From NCBI GenBank assembly GCA_964016885.1, contig OZ024762.1:26164001-26228000 (forward strand): 64,000 nucleotides of DNA, written 5' to 3'. Made by a program: the position numbers and the translations under genes. Each line of letters opens with the position of its first letter. Position 1 is the stretch's first letter. Below the pieces are notes generated by a model that was not told the DNA's origin, searched no databases, and worked only from the letters and a program-made list of their open reading frames with translations. This DNA is from Eledone cirrhosa (Eukaryota). Of the stretch, positions 29,424-41,400 are shown piece after piece.

Positions 29424-32400
29424 ATGACCCTCCCAAAGTATAACAATATCGGTTTCAACACACGATTTCAAATAAAGAATCTTGCTAAACAAATTCAGAA
29501 ACGAAATATCGTAAGCCTTAGCCAGGCCAACAAGATACTGAAAACCACCATGTTCTGTTGTCTACGAAAAACCATAACATCTCGACAACTACACTTCATA
29601 AAGCAGTGTGCCTCATCCAGAATCTACACCAACACCATCAATACCGACGTTAGAAGATTACAACTCACCAAAAAGCAAGCAGATAGGCTAAAACGAACAT
29701 TAATTCTAAACATAAAAAAGAAGATCTATAGAGAATTAAGTCATCAAGAAAAACAAAAGCGTAACCTAATACAAGAAATAGCTAGGATCACCACACCAAG
29801 AGAGAAAATAATATTTATAAGCCTTATACGCCCTGAAGAACAGTACATTACTCAAGAATGTGATAAGCACTTTAACAGGAAACTAAAGTGGCTTAAACAG
29901 ACAAAGCTAAATCAGGATACTATAGAGAATACCAATAGATATCCCGACAAAATTGACGGTATAAACATGGCCGACACCTCATTAACAGAAGAGTTCAACA
30001 ACAAAAACACCAATATATATGGGAACGCAAGAATAGATAATGACGAGATGTCTGTGTTGTGTTTGCCCCCGAAATTTGCGACATTCAAGAATGTAAATAT
30101 GATTAGTTGTCTGTCAGAAATGGAAAAATCATTTACAAAACTACGCTGGAGCATCAAAAACAAAATCAAAAGCAACAATATGCGCACACACATATACAAC
30201 ACACATCCCAAGAACAACAGACACACAGACACAAACAACAATAACAACAACACACACATCAACAACAACAACAATAACAACATACCCAGAATCAACAACA
30301 ACAGACACGCAGATACAAACAACAATAACAACACACACAACAACAATAACACACACGGAGACAACAACAACACACATCAACAACAGTACACATCAACAAC
30401 AACAACACACACGCATTCAATGCCTCTCACCACCACCACAATCTTAACAAACACACAGACACAGAAAACAAGTAATGACAGTAGCACAGAAATCACAGAA
30501 ATAAGGGAAAGTAATAGGATTAAAAGGAGAAGGGAGACTAAGGACAAAGAGAATAACCAAGACCAACACACAGACACACAAAATAGGGTAGATAACAACA
30601 ATGAGCCAGTGGAAAGAGACAGGAGTAATTATGAGAGACATAGAAACAACCATGAGGCTGTTGGTGGAAATAGAAATAGAAACAATACAACTAACAATAA
30701 CAATAGCACTAGTACACATAAAGCAGCAGCCTGGAACTCTCCGTTTTATAATCCCTCCGATAAATCATTCGACCTGCGACGAGTCCACGCCACGACTTTA
30801 CCATTTAACAAATGCACGCAATTGCCGTCGCAGGTCGATGAACAAACAGAAGCACAATTTAGTATAGCTAGATCCGAACTTAGAAATATTATAGAACAGT
30901 ATAGCAAGAAGCATAATAAAATGGAGGCCCAGCAACTGGGAGAAAAATCTGCAAATGGCTTGCGTAAGCTCATGCAGCGCTCACGTAATGGAGAGATAGC
31001 ATGCTTTCCAACAGACAAGTCTGGCAGAATGTCGGTTGACAGCCTGCCAAACTACATCCAGGAAATGCAACCCCACATCACTAACAAAAGAGAGGTAACA
31101 CCACAGGAACATGAGGATAGAGAAAAAGCCCTCAATGCCCATATGGTGATGTGGACGAATATAATGCAGCCCAACAAAAGGACTGCCAACAACTTCCAGG
31201 CCTGGAACAATGACGTGCCGGCGTTGTATGGGCTTCGAAAAGACCATAAAACGGGCTGTGACCCTGTCGCGGGACCACCAACACGGCCAATCTGTGGAGA
31301 TAACATTGCTAGTAACTACAGACTGTCCTACTTCCTCTCCCTGATCATACGCCCCATCATTGAAATGTCCCCAGATGTATGTGACAGCACGGAGGACCTC
31401 CTCAGCAGAATCGGCGTGAGTAACCGATCTGGGGACCTAACAAACTGCATAATAGGCAGTATGGATGCTGTGTCCCTGTATCCATCTATTGGCGTGGATT
31501 TTGCTGTGGAAAAATGCGTAGAAATGATCAGTGAGAGCAAGGTTGAGTTCCGTGGGGTTGATACCAGTGAGTTGGGACTTCTATTTAAGCTTACCTATAG
31601 TAATACTTACCTAGACACATATGACCTTAGCAACCTGTGCCCTACAAGACCAGCAAGAGGCAGACCACCTACCATTACCTCAATGGCCAAGAAAACCCAC
31701 ACAGATAGATGGAACGGGTGGACCAGAGCCATACGGACACCCGAAAACCACGATGAACTGAAGAAAATGATTGCACATGCGGTAGGGACCTGCATAAAAC
31801 TAACCCTTATGGAACATATGTTCAAATTTAATGGAAAAACATATGCCCAAGAGGAAGGAGCAGCCATTGGTGTTAGCATTGCAGGCGACATAGCTAACTT
31901 ATTCATGGTATGGTGGGACAGTAGACTTAAACTTAAACTTAAAGAACAATTAGAAGACAGCTTAACCCTGATAATGTACTCCCGCTACTTAGATCATATA
32001 AACATCGTAGTTAAGACACCCCCACTAGATAACAGTCAGAACTAGAGAAAAAAAACACAATGGAAAGCATCCAGCAAATAGCAAACTCCATCCACTAGAG
32101 CATTAGAGTTACTATAGACTACCCAAGTAGACACCCCAACCATCGATTACCTGTACTAGACACAGAGCTCTGGTTAGATACCATTAACAACCAAAAACAA
32201 ATCCTCCATTCCCATTATGCCAAACCCATGACTTCCAAACATCTGATCCACCGAAACTCGGCCATTTCGGACCATACCAAAATCAATATACTGATTGCGG
32301 ATTTGGTACGGGTGATGAGAAATGTGTCCCGCATGTGCAACCCCGAAGAACTAGAGAGACACATACAACACTTCATCCACCGTATGCAGTTCTCTGGCTA

Positions 32401-33109
32401 CAATCAGAGAGATAGAATCAGAGTCTATAGAGGAGCCAGAACCAAATGGGAAAAAATGGTAAATAATGACATAAATGGGACCTGCCCCTTGTATAGGAGC
32501 AAATTTTGGAATAGAATAGAAAGAACTAGGAACAAGGCCAATAGAATAAACTCATGGTATGATAGCAATAAATACCAGAGTGTAATGTTCATCGATACAA
32601 CCCCTAGAGGCGAACTAGCCTACAAATTTAGAAGGGCCCTAAATAAACATAAACTCAATATTAAGATAGTAGAAAGACCAGGTACCTCCGTAAAAACACT
32701 TATTAGCAAGACATACCCGTTCCAAAGACCTTCATGTATAGATAAGAAATGTATAACCTGTAAAATAAGCCCCCATATTAACTGTAAAACTAGAAATGTA
32801 GTGTATAGCATAAGATGTACTGAAGGACAATGTAGAAACAAAAATATAGTGTACATAGGTGAGACAGCTCGTAGTATAGGGGAACGGATAAATGAACACT
32901 GGCAAGATAATAAAGAATCATCTGTACTCTACCAACATGCTAAGATAGAACACAAGGGTAAATTAGAGAACATAGAAATAAAAATAGAATCTACACACAG
33001 AAAAGATGCAATGTTTAGACAAATTACAGAGGCAATAAACATAAAAGAATTACAACCAAAATTAAATAGAAAATATGAGTGGAACAGCAACATCACAACT
33101 TACAATTAA
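29424..33109 (+). pseudogene. PLE RT + GIY-YIG polyprotein, disrupted
   Basis: Likely ATG at 29424. Motifs: LYGLRKDHK, PPTRPI, SMDAVSLYPSI, QEEGAAIG, RYLDH (YxDD mutated, 31986-31997), VVYSIRC..YIGETAR..EH..H..RQITEA..LN. Frameshift near 32043-32055 and in-frame TAG at 32096. Confidence 0.93.
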
Positions 33110-33325
33110 GGACAAAATGAAAACACACACACACATAGAACAAACAACCAACCAATAACATGTAAATAAATAAATAAATAAATAAACAAATAGATAAATG
33201 AACATAAACACACGCAGACACGCGGATGTGGCGCATGCGCAAACTGAGCACACAACACACACACAGAAACAAAATGGCGTAGGACAGAACAAAGGAGAGG
33301 CACAGAAACAAAGGAAGGAATCCCC

Positions 33326-33370
33326 AGTCACTGAAGAGGTCACAGAGTGTGTGACGAAAGGACTATGACT
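33326..33370 (+). ncRNA. Minimal type-I hammerhead in the 3' pLTR (family A)
   Basis: Identical to 29247-29291. Confidence 0.85.
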
Positions 33371-33609
33371 ATATATAAACAACTATCTGGTTGTGGAACC
33401 AACCAACCAACCAGAAATTTATAAATTTATAAATTTGTAAATTTATAAATATATAATAAATTGAAGTGAAAGCACCTGGTGCGTGTGTTTCTTATTGGCA
33501 ACATGACCCTCCCAAAGTATAACAATATATATAGATAGATATGTGTATATATACATATATAGACATAAATGTATATATAATAGATATATGTACATATATA
33601 TAGAGATAA

Positions 33610-33642
<33 letters not shown>

Positions 33643-33649
<7 letters not shown>

Positions 33650-34217
33650 CGTAGTTAAGAAAGCCACAACAATGCAGAGGGAAATCTCGAGGTAGGAAGT
33701 GAATGATAGATAGGAGAAACAGGAGAAAGTGAAAATTGAGAGAGACAAAGATGAAAACAAAACAAAGGTAGAAGGGTTACCGTAGTGGAGATTTAATCCC
33801 AATATTTCGGGCTCACGCCCATCAACGGGGGAAAGTTCCAAAAGGGGGGGGAACAGGCCAAGCGGAGAAAGTTGTGATGTCGTTAAGACAGGAATGCCGT
33901 TATGGGGAGAAAATTATTTAAAATTTAAACGTTTAAATTTTAAATAATTTTCTCCCCATAACGGCATTCCTGTCTTAACGACATCACAACTTTCTCCGCT
34001 TGGCCTGTTCCCCCCCTTTTGGAACTTTCCCCCGTTGATGGGCGTGAGCCCGAAATATTGGGATTAAATCTCCACTACGGTAACCCTTCTACCTTTGTTT
34101 TGTTTTCATCTTTGTCTCTCTCAATTTTCACTTTCTCCTGTTTCTCCTATCTATCATTCACTTCCTACCTCGAGATTTCCCTCTGCATTGTTGTGGCTTT
34201 CTTAACTACGTATTTTA
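33643..34217. repeat. Spacerless ~575-bp palindrome centred at 33930/33931
   Basis: Centre AAATTTAAAC|GTTTAAATTT. The same ORF start (MELSPVDGREPE...) appears on both strands. The arms appear to differ only in one G/C homopolymer length. Confidence 0.95.
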
Positions 34218-34271
34218 CACATTTCACAATGCTTCAAGCAAACTTTAACACCCTCTTATATATATATATAT

Positions 34272-34962
34272 ATATAAGTTATAAGAATCAAAGAACTGTT
34301 AAAAACATTTTTATGCTTACAACTGTTTCCTCCAAACCGAGGTTTGGATTCTTCGGAGCAATTTATTAATGAATGAACACTTATATGACCTCCTTTTGAA
34401 ACCAAGAAAAATACAGATACATATGCAAATATTGTTGCTTGCTGGTTCAACATCCATTACAGCATTTAGTGTGGCAGTACACATTTAGAGATTACATTCA
34501 CATTAAAAGATAAAATCAAAAATACAGGTTAAAATACAACATGAAAATTAATGCGATAGGATAGTCATAAGCGGTTATTGAGTGCAATAGTTACACGTGT
34601 GGCAAGCACGTGCGTCTTGTTTATATAATGCTATAGTGTGGCAGAGTGTTACATGTAATGGAAGCACTTAAACAGGTGATCAAGAGTGTTAAGGAGGTTG
34701 AACTGGTAATGAATTCTTTATATGATTGTTATAGCCTGTGCGTGGAGAAATAATATAAGCATTAAAAATATTGGAAATGCGTAGCAAAGCGATGATATGG
34801 ATTTCATGCAGAGCTACATTTTCACAGTCCGGGGAGCGTATTTTTCAGATTATATGCCCCTCACATAATCCACGACGATTCGATATTGGAGGATTCGGTT
34901 TGGAGGAAACAGTTGTAAGCATAAAAATGTTTTGAACAGTTCTTTGATTCTTATAACTTATA
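34272..34962. repeat. ~68-bp inverted repeat (34272-34340, 34895-34962)
   Basis: ATAAGTTATAAGAATC...CCAAACCGA versus TCGGTTTGG...GATTCTTATAACTTAT. Confidence 0.75.
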
Positions 34963-35124
34963 TATAACTGCTCTGTAAATCATCTGATGTTATTACATTG
35001 AGCTATTTAACTTACTGGTAATAAGGTAGTAATATATTACTGCCTACCACTATTTAGGGTTTGTAAAAATATATATAACTACAAAAGGTTTTTGTATTTG
35101 CATAACCATAAATAGTATCCTTAA

Positions 35125-35216
<92 letters not shown>

Positions 35217-35261
35217 TCATTTATATATAGATATAGATATGTGCCCCAGCATGGCCTCAGC

Positions 35262-35312
<51 letters not shown>

Positions 35313-35318
<6 letters not shown>

Positions 35319-35978
35319 ATATTTGGGGAGGGTCATATTTGCGTAATATTGCCAGAATTAATAACAGAACACACTCACTGTTTGGTTGGTTTTCGCTTCT
35401 CGCTGTCTTTTATATATATATATCTGCGATCTAACTTACTCGGTCCTCAATGTTGCCATTGACTGACCGGCGGTCAAAAATAATACAGATACAATATAGA
35501 CAAACACATATATATATAGTTTACATAATTTACATAAATCTTTCGTTGCACATCTGCAACATCGTCAGTGGTGTTATATTCATTGTTCCTCCTGTTGTGT
35601 TGTTTTTCAGACAGACTGAACAAAAAAAAATGGCGTAGACATACAACACAACAGGAGGAACAATGAATATAACACCACTGACGATGTTGCAGATGTGCAA
35701 CGAAAGATTTATGTAAATTATGTAAACTATATATATATGTGTTTGTCTATATTGTATCTGTATTATTTTTGACCGCCGGTCAGTCAATGGCAACATTGAG
35801 GACCGAGTAAGTTAGATCGCAGATATATATATATAAAAGACAGCGAGAAGCGAAAACCAACCAAACAGTGAGTGTGTTCTGTTATTAATTCTGGCAATAT
35901 TACGCAAATATGACCCTCCCCAAATATAACAATATCTGTTTCGACACACGATTTCATATAAAAAACCTCGCAAAACTA
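35313..35978. mobile_element. PLE family B head-to-head pLTR pair (~290-bp arms, ~40-bp spacer) with a hammerhead core in each arm
   Basis: Identical ORFs MLPLTDRRSK... on both strands. CTGACGA..GAAA at 35678-35705. Confidence 0.88.
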
Positions 35979-36096
35979 ATTCATCGCCGCTATATATATA
36001 TATATATATATATATAACAATTAAAATTAAGTGAAAAAAAACTAACAAGATAGAAAATAGAAACAAAAACAGTATTCTAACGTCGTTTATATATAG

Positions 36097-36174
36097 ATTC
36101 CCTACCGTGGTTTCATATGAGGAAGAATTGTTATTAGCACCTCCTATAATTAAAGAATCCGCCATACACCTCAG
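36097..36174 (+). CDS. Candidate 78-nt internal coding exon (phase 2-2) of an unidentified host gene
   Basis: Branch-point-like TTCTAAC about 20 nt upstream, TAG acceptor, strong CAG|GTGAGT donor. Open frame FPTVVSYEEELLLAPPIIKESAIHL. Confidence 0.45.
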
Positions 36175-36614
36175 GTGAGTTTAATTCCACAAGTCTAAGA
36201 GAAATTGAATAAGATATAATACATACTGTTTCATTCGTCGAGACAAAGTGCACCGCCTTAAAAACTCGGCCACCCCGTCACTGAAAGTCTTGACAATTTT
36301 CACAAATATAAACTGATATATGAGAACAACACACACAACCACGTGTTGCTGCACACACAGGTAAAAAAATATTTTCATATCTAAATATCGTTATTATTAT
36401 TTACTGATGTCCCCCTGAGTTTAACGTGAAATACAAGTTCATTAATATATATACATATATATATGTGTGCACTTTCCTGTGATTGAAAAAAAAAAAAAAA
36501 TTCTGGAACTACAAATTCAACAACCAACGAGGTAAACATTTTCAACTTTTCCACATCAACTCTGAATGTTCTCTTAACGTAATATCTGCTCCAAGCTCTA
36601 TTTAAGATTTGTTT

Positions 36615-37850
36615 GCCATACATTGATGATCTTACTCTTGGATTACCCATTACTCAAATACTCTTGGGTTGCAAACATTCGCGGCATTAATTCACTGTCT
36701 AATACAAGATTCCTGGAATCAGAATGTGCTGCTATATTGGAATACATCCTAGAATGGAAATATAACCACAAATAATTGTTTCTACTTTTGGCACAAGGCC
36801 AGCAATTAACCAGTGTATGACTGGTACTTTATTTTATCGACCCCGTAAGGATGAAAGGCAAAGTCAACCTCGGCGGGATTTGAACTCATTTCTTAAAGGG
36901 ACGTAACTATGCTGGAAAGCATGGCGTCCGACCCTCTACCGATACTGCCAATCCACGATAACCACAAATAATAAATGCTATCAACCATTGATAGGAACCT
37001 CACAAATATAATGCACCAAAATATACGCGAAGAGCGAGAGAAAGAAACAAAATAAAAGGAAGGGGGACAAAAAAAAAACGACCATCAATTCACTGCCAAA
37101 TAATTTTTTTGAATCGGATTAGAAAGAGAGAAGAAATAAAAATTAAAAACAAACCAACACGTGTTGCTCCCCACACGGATACACACACATGTGTGTATTT
37201 GACATACCAACACACATATGTACGTGGGCATACATGTATGTGTATATATGTATGTGGTATGCTAATATTATGCCATTCCTTGGAGCAACCATACCCATTT
37301 ACAGACTTTTTCATCCCATTGAATGAGCGCCGTACCGACATGTTATACTAGTCGCGAATTATTAAACATTATAGTTCGCCATACGTAACTCAACACGCGA
37401 AGCCCATAAAGATGTTGATCCTGACATCGATGAAGGAAATTTGCTTGCATCAGATACCAACCCTCTTGAGTTAATGAATTTTTATCTTAAACATTTACCA
37501 CGCTGCTTCATCACTTCTAACACATTCTCAAATCCCCTAGACTCTATCCATATCTACATTGATGATGTTACGCTTGGATTATCTGATTACCCAATGGTCA
37601 AACTTTCGCGGCATTAACTCACAGTTTAATCCATGATGCTGGGAAGCAGTGTGTGCTGTTATGATGGAATACATCCTAGAATGGAAATATAACCTCAAAT
37701 AATAACTGCTAGGAACCTCACAAATTTAACGCACCGAAACATACGAGAAGGGCGAGAGAAATAAATAAAAACAAATGGAATCATAAAACGAAACAAAACA
37801 AAACCGACCGCCAATTCACTGCCAAATAATTTGAATCGATAGAGAGAAAG
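36615..37850. repeat. Diverged local tandem duplication (~36615-37130 versus ~37555-37850)
   Basis: Shared blocks TACATTGATGAT, TTCGCGGCATTAA, GGAATACATCCTAGAATGGAAATATAACC and CAATTCACTGCCAAATAATTT. Confidence 0.8.
36777..36957 (-). mobile_element. tRNA-derived SINE family 1 with a 15-bp target-site duplication
   Basis: TSD ATAACCACAAATAAT at 36762-36776 and 36958-36972. The paralogous copy near 37690 lacks the insertion. Confidence 0.9.
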
Positions 37851-38469
37851 AAAAGACCAAAAAGAAAAAACAAAAAAAAATAGAGAATATATTTATTTGC
37901 CGTTGTGCTGCCAAATGATGCCGAAAGCCACTGACCCCCATCTCAGGTCAAGAAGGCGACAGCAACAGGATAATAACATCGACCCCGCATCTTCGGTAAA
38001 AGAAGGCACACGAGCCTCAGCACACTGCCTGGCAGCCCGACCTGGTAGCAGTTTCATCTCCACCAGCATTAACAAGAGGAAGGCATCGACAACTTTGACA
38101 TTAACAACAATAACACATATGTATACATCAACATCTCACCAGCAATCACTACCACTACCATTAACAAAAGGATCAGTGTCAAGAACAACAACACATATTT
38201 TCAGGATTGAATGACTTAACCCCAGCCACGAGATCCTATGAGAAACTACTAACAAGCTCGCATGTGTGCGTGCTGAACTCTGGGTCTTTCTGCTGGGAAC
38301 AACCCCGTTTTCTCTCTTCCCCCCACCTTTGGGTTTTTTTTGTTTGTTTGTTTGTTTTGTTTTGTTTTGTACATTCATCCATTCACTCATTCATTTGCTA
38401 ACATTCTACCTTCTTGTGTGTCCACCTCCATGCACCCCTTCTTTTCTCTCTTGTCCTCTGACGCCTCTA

Positions 38470-41400
38470 TATCTGATGTAGGTGAGCTATGAGGCCCTCT
38501 TACCAGCACTTTCCCTTCCGCCCACACGCGCCAGGCATTTACCCATGATGCCGCTCGGTACCCCAGTCCCAGGCCCCAGGCAAAACCCCCCACCCCCCCA
38601 AGCCGACACCTGCAGCACTTGCAGCACCACTAACAGACGGAAGAGGGGCAGGGACTGTTCGGGGTGTGGCTGCTTCCACCACCTCACCTGTGTTGGCTTG
38701 ACATGTCGACCTTCCAGTGCCCTCGCAGCATAGAGATGCAGGAACTGCCTCTTCCCCTCGTCTGCCCAGCCACGACCGTCTGGCACACCACCAGATGAGA
38801 CAGCGATCTTGCCTGACGCCCAAGCGTCGCTGTCAACATTGCTCGGCTCAGGGGGCTCCGGAAGATCCCACTCAGGATCCCGAAAGCGGCCCGGGTGCCG
38901 GTAGCCGATGCCCTCGCTTCCTCGATTGAGAGCGCCCTGGACTCCAATCGAACCAGCGACTGGGAGCGACTCTTTTATTTCGCCCACTCTCCCTCGGCCT
39001 CCCCAGCTCTGGCGCTGACCGAGGCGGCCGGTCGACAGCAGCCTTCGTCAAGACCAATGTTTCGTCCTTTGGGCAAACGCCCATTCCAAGCGTGTCCAGG
39101 GACGCCGCACACCCCACCCTCGAGTACCCCCAATCCTCCACCCCTGAGACCAGCGCCAAGCGTTTGCGTGACCGCGTAGATGCTAAACTAATCATGGGTG
39201 ATGTCTCAGCCGCAGTCAGAGTGGTTGCCTCAGAGGACACTGTCCTCCAACCCACCGATGAGTTCCTGGCTGCACTGCGACTCAAACACGCTGAGCCACC
39301 CACTGATCTCAGACCCATACGCTCACCCGACCCCAACTTGCTCCTCTGGCTTCCGACGCAGACATCATGTCTGCCATTAAGTCCTTCCCAGCTAGCAGCA
39401 GCGGAGGTGCTGATGGTTTCCGATCAGGCCACCTCAAGGAGTTGCTATCCCCCCCTCTCCGCTGAGGCCGGGCGCCGCCTTCTGAGTGCAATTGTAGTGC
39501 TCGCCAATAGGCTCATCCATGGCACCCTGGACCCTCACGCCCGAGGCCTCTTTTTTTCGGCTAGCCTCACCGCTCTCAGGAAGAAAGTGGGTGGCAAACG
39601 CCCCATCGCTGCGGGCAATGTCTTCCGGAGGCTGGCTGCCAAGGTGGTCTGCAGGTCCATAACACCCGAACTGGGTGAAGAGTTAAGTCCGGTGCAACTG
39701 GGTGTCGGGGTGTTCGGTAGCTGTGAGGGCGCCGCACATGCAAGCAGGCAGTTCTTCAACAGCTGTCCACTGGAACCAGCATCCAGGGACTCTAAACACC
39801 TCATTGTCAGGCTTGACACGAGGACTGCCTCCAACTGCCTGCGCCGAGACTATCTGCTCAATGTCTGCCTCAGCCGAGCCCCCTCTACCTACCCGCTGGC
39901 CTACCTGTCGTATGGAACCCCGAGCAAGCTCCTTAGCTGCTGATACGGTCATACCTTCGGCTACTGGGGTCCAACAGGGCGATCCTTTGGGATCCCTCCT
40001 GTTTGCCCTTGGTATAGACCACATCGACCGTAGTATCACGGCCCCTCTCAACGTTTGATATCTGGATGATTCTACGTTGGGCAGGCCCGTACAGACTGTC
40101 TGCCATGACCTACAATCGGTGGTTCCTGCCCTTGCGGGAAAAGGTCTCCAGGTCAATTCGGAAAAGTCGGAGGTGGTGAATGTCAGCCACAATGCTGAGA
40201 GTTTTGCAGCCTCCATCTCGGACGTGCGGTCCATTCTCCACCAGGTACAGGTGACCCACAAAGAGGATGTCCTCATCCTCTGGTCACCGATCCAACCGCC
40301 GGTCATCCTCTCCACCATCAGGCCCAGGCTTCAACAACCCCAGACTCTCATGAGCCGACTGGGCTTGATCGACGGCCACCCCGCTCTCTTTCTGTTGAGG
40401 AACTGCTTCGCCATGTCGAAGCTCCGCTATACCCTTCGCAGCGCTCCCTTTTACACCCACACATCTCTCATCGCTGACCTCGATACTTGTATCCGAACAG
40501 CAGCTGAGGAGATATGCAACATCAAGTTTGACGACATTGGATGGCAACAGGCCACTTTACCTGTCAGGTATGGCAGCCTTGGCCTCCGGTCTCCGATGTC
40601 GCTGGTTTTGCCGGCGCATCTTTCGTCCGTAACCTCGTGCCGCGTCCTCGTCAGAAGGGTTCTTCAAAAGACAATAGAACCCTCTGTGTTTAGAGAACGT
40701 GAGGCCGCCTGTGAGACGTGGGACCGGCTGGGACTTAGCCCAGTAGACGTCCCTCCTCCTTCTCACCCTGTTGACGTTAAGTCCCCCCAAAACACTTGGG
40801 ATGCCATCCAGTGCAGCCCGGCCTCAGACAGACTCACGCGCCAGCTCAACCTGCACCGCCTTGCCTGCCTTCGTGTGGCCTCCAAACCGAACAGTGGTGC
40901 ATGGCTCCATGCCCTGCCCTCCTTCCCCATTGGCACGCATCTAGTTAAACAATAGCCTGCGCATCGGCGTTTCCTTGAGGCTCGGCCTCCGGATCTGCGA
41001 GCCATACCAATGTCGCTGCGGATCCACCGTGAACTCTTTCGGCCTCCACCCGCTTTCCTGTCGCCACAGTGCCGGCCAACTTCCTCGCCATGCTGCCCTC
41101 AACGAGATCATAAAGCATGGCTTGGACGCTGCGGGCTTCCCTTCCCAGCTCGAGCCGGTGGGGTTGGACCGAGGGGTCGGCAAAAGGCCAGATGGCATGA
41201 CCATCTTCCCGTCCCGCGGTGGCAAAACTCTCGTCTGGGATACTACTTGCACCGACACCTTCTGCAGCCGCAACCTGGTGCAGTCTGCCACTAACCCAGG
41301 TTCTTCTTTACGTCGGGCTGAGGAGGCCAAGCTCCTCAAATACCGGTCGCTCTCCGGGAGGTTTGCGGTTTTACTCTTGGCAGTGGAGACTTCTGGTGTC

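Larger units (their letters stand above)
29143..33528 (+). mobile_element. Near full-length Penelope-like element with C-terminal GIY-YIG and ~305-bp direct pLTRs (29143-29448, 33223-33528)
   Basis: Direct terminal repeats overlap the ORF start. RT and endonuclease motifs are present, each pLTR holds a hammerhead, and the 3' end runs into (AT)n. Confidence 0.95.

Noticed and set aside
29424-33109. Naiad-type selenoprotein PLE or programmed recoding
   Set aside because: The endonuclease is C-terminal, the interruptions are TAG and a frameshift rather than TGA, and YxDD is mutated to YLDH. Ordinary decay explains it.
29143-33528. LTR retrotransposon
   Set aside because: No gag, protease, integrase, TG..CA ends or PBS. 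The RT and GIY-YIG are PLE-type.
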